Under the pieces are notes generated by a model. That model saw only the letters and a list, made by a program, of their open reading frames with translations, made no database searches and was not told the DNA's origin. Source: an uncultured virus (IMG/VR IMGVR_UViG_3300032116_000117) (Duplodnaviria; Heunggongvirae; Uroviricota; Caudoviricetes). From it: 20,000 bases of DNA. This document shows positions 14,123 through 20,000 of the stretch, piece after piece. Position 1 is the stretch's first letter, and each line of letters begins with the position of its first letter. The translations under genes and the position numbers were made by a program. The stretch is from the IMG/VR virus record IMGVR_UViG_3300032116_000117, positions 57,576-77,575 of that record; one strand, written 5' to 3'.

Positions 14123-14838
14123 CCGCAACTTAAACTTTTTTCTCTAGCGTCTTTTGAATCTTTAACTGGATGGTATATTAAATTATCTGTAATTTCTTCA
14201 ACTAATAATATAGGATTATATCTAAATCTGCCAATATATTTTTTTAAATTATCATTTTCAATATAGTTAATATAACTTAAATTATTTTCTAGACACAAAG
14301 ACGCAATTAATATTTCGTGAAACTCAAATTTTTTGTGTAGTCTTTGATAGTTTAGTATAAGTTTGATTAATTTATTAGATATCCTGCATAAAGGATTAAA
14401 AGATTGACTAGGATGTTTTAAATTAGAAATATAATTTTCTTTCCAATATTTCCAATTCGGATGATGAGATTGAGGTCTAACTTGTTTTGTTATAAAATCT
14501 TCATGAAAGTTATTAATACATTCATGTATAAATTCATTAAGGCATTCATAGTTTTTACTGTAAACATCATCTTCTATAAAGAAAAAATAATTATATTTGT
14601 TATATAATTCATTATAACTAATGGTATAAAATGCTTTATCCCATGCACTAGGCTTTTTAATATAAGGAGATCTTGTCAGATTATAAAAACCAGCATCAAG
14701 TAATTTTTTATCTAAATTGAGAGTTAAAGAATCACATACAGTTAAAAAATCTGTATGATTAGATGAAATAGAATTTTCTAAAGATATAATTTTTTTAGAA
14801 CGATCTTTACACAATATTAGAACTAAACATTGATTCAT
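14119..14838 (-). CDS. putative GT-A fold glycosyltransferase
   Basis: AWDKAFY, YFFFIEDDV, HEILIASL and C-terminal YHPVK; very AT-rich. Confidence 0.6.
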   Translation of the reverse strand: MNQCLVLILCKDRSKKIISLENSISSNHTDFLTVCDSLTLNLDKKLLDAGFYNLTRSPYIKKPSAWDKAFYTISYNELYNKYNYFFFIEDDVYSKNYECLNEFIHECINNFHEDFITKQVRPQSHHPNWKYWKENYISNLKHPSQSFNPLCRISNKLIKLILNYQRLHKKFEFHEILIASLCLENNLSYINYIENDNLKKYIGRFRYNPILLVEEITDNLIYHPVKDSKDAREKSLSCG

Positions 14839-15016
14839 TTATTTCCTCTACCGACAGTATCTTAACAAGAATAGAATTTTGTTCAATTAAATTTAATTTG
14901 AAAAAATCTATAGCAGATTCTTTATAGTGAGACTGAACCAATTCATTCATTAGAATAGTTTGTTTGGAAGGATCATTCAATTCATAAATTTGTGCAGTAA
15001 TATTAAATTTTTTCAT
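14807..15016 (-). CDS. hypothetical protein
   Basis: 69 aa from MKKFN, overlapping the thyX end. Confidence 0.62.
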   Translation of the reverse strand: MKKFNITAQIYELNDPSKQTILMNELVQSHYKESAIDFFKLNLIEQNSILVKILSVEEINESMFSSNIV

Positions 15017-15653
15017 TTTTCCACCCAAGAGCCTCTCCAATGGTAGGGAGTTGTTCTATGAAGATATTTTTACATTCGTTAGCAATATTCATATGTTCTT
15101 TTTGAGTTCCATTAGCAGAACGTAGTTCAATATAATGAATCCAAGATCGCACAGTGCCACTCATGTAAAGTCTTGTAGGAGTTGCTAGGGGCAGTATAAA
15201 TCTGGCACATTCTTTAGCAATCCCATCTTTGATCATGCCATCATAGATCGCTTTTGCTTTAGAAAAATGTTCTCTGATTTGAGTATTCCATTTTACAACT
15301 ATTTCATGATCAATATCGTCAATGCTATTTTGTCTATTTTTATTGTCTTGACGCCTTAGTTCAAAAGGCTGAATATCATCGCCAAGCAAAGTTGCGTCAG
15401 CATATCTTTGACTGAATTCTTGAAATGTGAAACTTCTATGTCTTAGAATCTGAGCAGCAAGACCTCTGGTGGTATTAATCTCCACTGTCATAAAACCATG
15501 CTCAAAAATACTCCAATGCTGATGGTCAATACAATACTTTAAAAGTTTAGCATAGTTGTCGTTGTTTTGATTATTTGGATTACTTACTCTCGCACAATAA
15601 GCCATTAATTTTTCAGCATCTGGAGTCACACTAACTAATTTCACTTGGCTCAT
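15003..15653 (-). CDS. thyX: FAD-dependent thymidylate synthase
   Basis: ThyX motif [14 protein letters not shown], also [22 protein letters not shown]. Confidence 0.96.
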   Translation of the reverse strand: MSQVKLVSVTPDAEKLMAYCARVSNPNNQNNDNYAKLLKYCIDHQHWSIFEHGFMTVEINTTRGLAAQILRHRSFTFQEFSQRYADATLLGDDIQPFELRRQDNKNRQNSIDDIDHEIVVKWNTQIREHFSKAKAIYDGMIKDGIAKECARFILPLATPTRLYMSGTVRSWIHYIELRSANGTQKEHMNIANECKNIFIEQLPTIGEALGWKNEKI

Positions 15654-15879
15654 CTTCTATTTCTCCATATTGTTTTTGGTGATCAACCCATCTATTTTCT
15701 GTCATATGATTATAAATAGCGGTTGCAACTTTACTCACACTAAGAGCAACACCAGTAGCATTAATGTCATCATTTTTGCACCAATAATAACTTGCTCCAT
15801 TGATACTATCATCTTTTTCTTTAATGATAGAGTATCCCCAACGCTTTGCCCAACTTTTGACTTCTGTAATTTTAAACAT
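15631..15879 (-). CDS. hypothetical protein
   Basis: 82-aa ORF in a tightly packed minus-strand run. Confidence 0.72.
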   Translation of the reverse strand: MFKITEVKSWAKRWGYSIIKEKDDSINGASYYWCKNDDINATGVALSVSKVATAIYNHMTENRWVDHQKQYGEIEDEPSEIS

Positions 15880-15881
15880 GG

Positions 15882-16181
15882 TTAACAGCCCATTGTATCA
15901 GTTCTTTTGGGTTTGTCAAGATGTTCAGTAAAAATAGAATCATCTTTATCATATCTTTTCCATGCGACTTTATGTTTGATTGCGACTAATTGTTTATTTA
16001 ACTCTGTCATAGTTTTTCTTTGATAATCAATCAAATTCCACAATTCTTTAATGTAATTTAATACATCATCATGTTTATATTGTATTAGCATTTTATTAAT
16101 AGTATTTTCACTCATTGGCTCATACTTTAGCGTAAGATCAAATTCTTCGCTCCAATCTTCTGGATTATACATCGGACTCAT
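15882..16181 (-). CDS. hypothetical protein with coiled coil
   Basis: 99 aa from MSPMY, ATGA overlap with the upstream gene. Confidence 0.7.
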   Translation of the reverse strand: MSPMYNPEDWSEEFDLTLKYEPMSENTINKMLIQYKHDDVLNYIKELWNLIDYQRKTMTELNKQLVAIKHKVAWKRYDKDDSIFTEHLDKPKRTDTMGC

Positions 16182-16360
16182 TTTTGTAACCATTCCTTTG
16201 ATTGAAGTTCTTTTTTAAAATGAAATCCTGCGGCAAATCCTTCCATATAGAGTTTTTTCATAACACTAACATGAGACTTATTTTGTTGAATATATTCAAG
16301 GTTATTTGATACCCACTCATAGTAACCTTTTTCTTCATCACATAATTCTTCTTCAATCAT
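16178..16360 (-). CDS. hypothetical protein
   Basis: 60 aa, ATGA overlaps at both ends. Confidence 0.7.
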   Translation of the reverse strand: MIEEELCDEEKGYYEWVSNNLEYIQQNKSHVSVMKKLYMEGFAAGFHFKKELQSKEWLQK

Positions 16361-16977
16361 TTTTTCACCTTAGCCACATTGTATTTTTTGTAGATTTTAT
16401 TTATTCCAGAAATAACTGAAGGACAAGTTATATTAATGAGTTCAGTTTCATCATTATCAGTAATATAAGCCTGAATTTCATCATTTAATACTTCTTTACA
16501 ATATCCTTTCTGTAGGATATATTTATTTGTTTCCTTCAATTTTTTTTGATTTTTTTGAAGAAATGAGTCTATCTCAAATTTATATTTTGGATTAGATGCG
16601 TATAAAGCATGTGCCAACTCATGCCTTAATACACTATTATTTTGAGCCCCAATTATGTAAAAGTTATCGCTTCTATATCTAAATAAGTCTAGCAATCTTT
16701 GTTCCTCTGTTGTAAGAGGATCAAAAAGACCTTCTTTGAAAGGATTCAAAACATAACTTGGAAAATTAAAACCAACCCATGTTGTGTGATAATTATTTGC
16801 TCCATAAGTCTCAGAATACCATCTTTTAAGTTGTCCCTGTGTGAACACTTTCCCTTTAAAAAGGGGGCTGGCACTCTCGTAATGCTCTTGGAAACGCATA
16901 AAAGTCAACCCAAGTTCTTCCTGAGAGTCTGCCCAAACCCATACGCTATTATAAGGTTGTTGTTTGCAATTTATCAT
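16357..16977 (-). CDS. HExxH zincin-like metallopeptidase-domain protein
   Basis: VLRHELAHALY followed by DEIQAY (candidate third zinc ligand). Confidence 0.68.
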   Translation of the reverse strand: MINCKQQPYNSVWVWADSQEELGLTFMRFQEHYESASPLFKGKVFTQGQLKRWYSETYGANNYHTTWVGFNFPSYVLNPFKEGLFDPLTTEEQRLLDLFRYRSDNFYIIGAQNNSVLRHELAHALYASNPKYKFEIDSFLQKNQKKLKETNKYILQKGYCKEVLNDEIQAYITDNDETELINITCPSVISGINKIYKKYNVAKVKK

Positions 16978-17165
16978 TTAAAATCTAACGTGGAATTGTA
17001 TTCTGGCGGTAAATCTTGATTTAGAATTGTTCTTTTTTCTTCTTTTAGGTCAGCAATTTCTTTTCTTTGTGTTCTAATTTCTTTCCTAAGATCATCATTT
17101 ATTCTTTCAAGGTACTTGATTCTATCAACTAATTCTTGAATATATTCATTTAGTTTATCATCCAT
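16974..17165 (-). CDS. small coiled-coil protein
   Basis: 63 aa with clear heptad repeat. Confidence 0.7.
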   Translation of the reverse strand: MDDKLNEYIQELVDRIKYLERINDDLRKEIRTQRKEIADLKEEKRTILNQDLPPEYNSTLDFK

Positions 17166-17365
17166 TCTTTCTCCAATTTAGAAAGAGTAAGTTGTACCAT
17201 TCTATCATCATAGAAGCAATCGTTCTCCGTGGCAACCAGTTCTTTATATTTATCAGACCAAATATCTGCTAAAACATTCATAACTGTTTGACCATATCTC
17301 CATTCAAAACTATGATCCAAATAAATAGTATCAACTTTTTTAAGAAATTCATTAAAAGAAATCAT
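17150..17365 (-). CDS. hypothetical protein
   Basis: 71 aa from MISFNEF, RBS GGAG, WRYGQ and DCFY motifs. Confidence 0.72.
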   Translation of the reverse strand: MISFNEFLKKVDTIYLDHSFEWRYGQTVMNVLADIWSDKYKELVATENDCFYDDRMVQLTLSKLEKEWMIN

Positions 17366-17649
17366 AGTATTGCTCCGCCATAGAATAGTTCTAATCCTAT
17401 AGCACAAGATCCATGATCTTCGTTTATAACAATAGTGTTATCATCAATGACTTTAACTTTTTCTGATGTCCAAAGAATAGTTTCTACTTTTCCGTTTTGG
17501 TCATAGAAAAAGATATTCATTCCACTAAATTTCCACCGGGTATAATCATGAGCCTTGCCATTTAAAACAAGCCTGATCATAGTTACCCCATCAAATCTAT
17601 TTTTATCTTGAATCCATTCAAGAAATTTGTTCACTCTACAGTGTACCAT
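17362..17649 (-). CDS. hypothetical protein (start uncertain)
   Basis: Beta-rich ORF; alternative starts at GTG ~17634 or ATG 17580. Confidence 0.6.
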   Translation of the reverse strand: MVHCRVNKFLEWIQDKNRFDGVTMIRLVLNGKAHDYTRWKFSGMNIFFYDQNGKVETILWTSEKVKVIDDNTIVINEDHGSCAIGLELFYGGAIL

Positions 17650-17768
17650 TCTTCAAACTCCAGTAAGTATAATTCAGCAAATGGCTCATTAATCCCATTA
17701 ATACTATTACCTAGTATTGGCAATTCTACTATCTCTTGGGATTCTATAGAAGTCTCGTTCAAGATCAT
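17631..17768 (-). CDS. possible small acidic protein (not in ORF track)
   Basis: MILNETSIESQEIVELPILGNSINGINEPFAELYLLEFEEWYTVE* (45 aa), AAGGT upstream, fills the gap 17650-17706. Confidence 0.4.
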   Translation of the reverse strand: MILNETSIESQEIVELPILGNSINGINEPFAELYLLEFEEWYTVE

Positions 17769-17949
17769 TAAGTTTACCTTGTAATATATTAAACTGTTGT
17801 TCAGTTATCATCTCTATTTTTATTAGCGTGTCAACAGATTTTTGTATGGATTTTAAATTTTGATGATGCACATAATTATTAGCAATCATTAGTCCTATAA
17901 TGAAATATGCTAAACAAATTAGCCAAAAATTGAATTGTTCATTTTTCAT
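17707..17949 (-). CDS. small protein, N-terminal TM plus coiled coil
   Basis: 80 aa, hydrophobic residues 8-24. Confidence 0.68.
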   Translation of the reverse strand: MKNEQFNFWLICLAYFIIGLMIANNYVHHQNLKSIQKSVDTLIKIEMITEQQFNILQGKLNDLERDFYRIPRDSRIANTR

Positions 17950-18154
17950 TTAAATCTACCGTTATTTCTGCACCATCAAACTCATGCACATAATTACAGT
18001 CCTGTGGATATTGAGATGGAATACTTCGTTTTCGTAGTTTAAACTTTACATCAAAAATACCACTAAGTCCTTGATTCTGATAAAGATACTTGATTATAGC
18101 ATCCTTAACATCCTCATCTGTCATTGATATATGTGTCTTATTATTTACTTTCAT
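17939..18154 (-). CDS. hypothetical protein
   Basis: 71-aa ORF overlapping its neighbours. Confidence 0.68.
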   Translation of the reverse strand: MKVNNKTHISMTDEDVKDAIIKYLYQNQGLSGIFDVKFKLRKRSIPSQYPQDCNYVHEFDGAEITVDLNEK

Positions 18155-18290
18155 CGGTAATGCTCTTAAGTTTCTTTGTAAGATTATCTATAGTTTTAAC
18201 TACAGGAGCAGTCAAGGCATAATCTTTCTTGTAAGATTGTAATGCGTCCATAATTTTCCACGCTTCGTTTTTGTTTATATCAATTTGCAT
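18141..18290 (-). CDS. small hypothetical protein (not in ORF track)
   Basis: MQIDINKNEAWKIMDALQSYKKDYALTAPVVKTIDNLTKKLKSITDESK* (49 aa), TAATG overlap with the upstream stop. Confidence 0.68.
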   Translation of the reverse strand: MQIDINKNEAWKIMDALQSYKKDYALTAPVVKTIDNLTKKLKSITDESK

Positions 18291-18652
18291 TATTTCCATT
18301 CATTTCTATAGATTCCGGGCTTTAATCTTGGTTCGTAAGGCTTAACAATCCATCCCATCATCATTAAATCAAGTTTAATTTCTTCAGTTACAACGCTTTC
18401 GTTACCAGAACAATACCAATCCATGTACGTTCCATCTTTAATAATATCTGCAACTATTCCTCCAGCCATTCTCCAAGAACAAGTCCATTCTTTACCGCCA
18501 TAAAAAAAACGATTATTACATAATGCCCCGTACAAATCTCGGCAATATTCTGGGCCATTGAGACATTTTGCTACAATACGCTCATTATTTAGAAGATCGT
18601 ACTCTAGATCTGGATTATTAAGATTTTCTTTTATTGTGTCGTTCAAGTCCAT
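18290..18652 (-). CDS. conserved phage hypothetical protein
   Basis: 120 aa; LYGALCNN...WTCSWRMAGGIVAD...YMDWYCSG pattern. Confidence 0.75.
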   Translation of the reverse strand: MDLNDTIKENLNNPDLEYDLLNNERIVAKCLNGPEYCRDLYGALCNNRFFYGGKEWTCSWRMAGGIVADIIKDGTYMDWYCSGNESVVTEEIKLDLMMMGWIVKPYEPRLKPGIYRNEWK

Positions 18653-19371
18653 AATGAACTCCTAATCTTAACTAATTCAATCAACATCTTTGTATCTTCT
18701 TGATCATAATCATTTAGCATTTTATCTATTTTACGATAGTAATACTTACCATCTTTTTCTTTTGTGAAAATAGTGCTAGGATCAATTCTATTATCTCTAT
18801 CAAGCCACCAATTGTAAAGTTGTAAAATCCTTTGAGCATCTATTGCTTGAGCGGTTGGTTCCCCATATTCCTCATGGTCTGGATTAAAACCATAATCTTC
18901 ATTCAGTTTTAATTGACCTGCCCAGTTTAGGTAATCCAAACCCGCTTCTTTGCATCGGCCATTAACAAACTTATATTTTCTATCCTTATGGGCTTTCATC
19001 AAGTGGGCTTGTTCGCTCTCTACAAAAATAACCAACTCATTAAAAAGACCGTTCAGAATTCTCCAATCCAAATCATAATAAGTTCCCGGCTTTAGTCCGG
19101 TGCGAAGATAGTGAAGTTTATCAATATAACGATTACGAACATAAATTTCTATCGTATTGTAAACATCTAGTGGAAAGTTCACAATATTCTGCAAAATATC
19201 CAAACCTTCCTCTGCCAACCAATATCGGTAAGGATGTTTCTTTGCTGATGTTTGTCTCCAAGTTTCCCATTCGTCCCAAGGCAAAGCGTGGGGCTTTTCT
19301 TCGCCTCTAATAAGATTGGCAAAATTTGAGCAACTCCAATAATTTATTCTGGTTCTTTTGTTTAGTTTCAT
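18643..19371 (-). CDS. hypothetical protein (Trp-rich)
   Basis: 242-aa ORF, ATGA overlap with the upstream gene. Confidence 0.8.
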   Translation of the reverse strand: MKLNKRTRINYWSCSNFANLIRGEEKPHALPWDEWETWRQTSAKKHPYRYWLAEEGLDILQNIVNFPLDVYNTIEIYVRNRYIDKLHYLRTGLKPGTYYDLDWRILNGLFNELVIFVESEQAHLMKAHKDRKYKFVNGRCKEAGLDYLNWAGQLKLNEDYGFNPDHEEYGEPTAQAIDAQRILQLYNWWLDRDNRIDPSTIFTKEKDGKYYYRKIDKMLNDYDQEDTKMLIELVKIRSSLWT

Positions 19372-19589
19372 AGGTCTATGTTAATAAAATAGTGTTCTAA
19401 GGTTGCAAATACATGTGTTCTTATTGCAGCAAGCATATCGTCTGCGGTTTTAAAATTGTGACCATACTTTTCATATTTTCTCAATTGTTCGTTCAAATCC
19501 CACAATGCGAGATGATAATTTCCAGCCTTAGATGCCTTCTCAAACTCTATCATATCCTCTGGAAGATCAAAAGTCAATGTGGCTTTCAT
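19368..19589 (-). CDS. hypothetical protein
   Basis: 73 aa from MKATLTFDLPED, ATGA overlaps at both ends. Confidence 0.75.
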   Translation of the reverse strand: MKATLTFDLPEDMIEFEKASKAGNYHLALWDLNEQLRKYEKYGHNFKTADDMLAAIRTHVFATLEHYFINIDL

Positions 19590-19873
19590 GATGGAAAATA
19601 ACATCTCCCTTCTAATGGATCTTTTTCATGCGGAAAATTAAATGGACCCAAAACTTTTCGTCGTTTGTCTTTGATAAAATTTAATACATCAACAAAGCAA
19701 TTCTCACACAAATCAATATCATACTCCATACCATCATTTTTGCATCCGTATCCCCAAGTAGCACAAAGACTAGCCCATGACGGCCCCATATTTATAGTAT
19801 CGCAAGATTGACCACAGCAATCGCAAATAACATTGTCAATTGCTTTTCTAATTTCTTCTTTATAAGTTTTCAT
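19586..19873 (-). CDS. small zinc-binding protein
   Basis: CDCCG...DLCENCF; RBS GGAGG; first gene after a promoter. Confidence 0.75.
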   Translation of the reverse strand: MKTYKEEIRKAIDNVICDCCGQSCDTINMGPSWASLCATWGYGCKNDGMEYDIDLCENCFVDVLNFIKDKRRKVLGPFNFPHEKDPLEGRCYFPS

Positions 19874-19896
19874 TAAATCTAGCCTCCCAAACCGCT

Positions 19897-19924
19897 ATTA
19901 TACTCCAAGTTTTGTTTTGGTCAA
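19897..19924 (-). promoter_or_regulatory. sigma70-like promoter
   Basis: TTGACC-16 bp-TATAAT just upstream of the GGAGG RBS. Confidence 0.62.
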
Positions 19925-20000
19925 GCCTGTAGTGAGAATATTTGATATTAACAACTTTGCCACTGTTTACTTTAATGTGAGCCATTCTAAAATCTTCATA

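Noticed and set aside
1810..19601. Other plus-strand ORFs (e.g. 1810-2322, 4604-5035, 6274-6777, 10327-10713, 13408-13713, 16699-17019)
   Set aside because: All lie antisense to well-supported minus-strand genes and have no motifs.
1..20000. Alternative genetic code or stop-codon recoding
   Set aside because: The ligase, ThyX, UvsE and other genes translate full length in code 11; TAA, TAG and TGA all end genes; no suppressor tRNA is seen.
1..20000. CRISPR array, introns or inteins
   Set aside because: There are no regularly spaced repeats. The recurring sequences are isolated promoters, and the conserved enzymes are uninterrupted and of normal length.
19859..20000. 3' end of a minus-strand ORF at the right edge
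   Set aside because: Two frames are plausible and the fragment is too short to call.

Overview
This is a segment of a large, AT-rich, lytic-type dsDNA phage genome with no structural genes in view. It is densely packed and almost entirely on the minus strand. From left to right it holds: an rIIA-like GHKL protein (truncated by the left edge and missing from the ORF track), a small kinase-like protein, an endonuclease VII-type nuclease, tRNA-Leu(UAA) preceded by an unannotated ~84-nt hairpin, a small HTH-like protein, an Ogg2-like HhH DNA glycosylase, a pol-beta-type nucleotidyltransferase, an ATP-dependent DNA ligase, GT25 and GT34 glycosyltransferases, a phage-encoded tmRNA (tag GTNQLALAA), tRNA-Ile(UAU), many small hypothetical proteins, a lone plus-strand HNH endonuclease, a DksA/TraR-type zinc finger, a cytidine-deaminase-like protein, UV endonuclease UvsE, a third GT-like gene, ThyX and an HExxH protein. 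Eight sigma70-like promoters (TTGACA/16-17 bp/TAnnnT) divide the region into units. Five carry a conserved CGATA box inside the spacer and a sixth has it just upstream of the -35. A second motif, GGTGTA(A/T)TAT, precedes other genes. All calls come from motif reading by eye; no database search was run.
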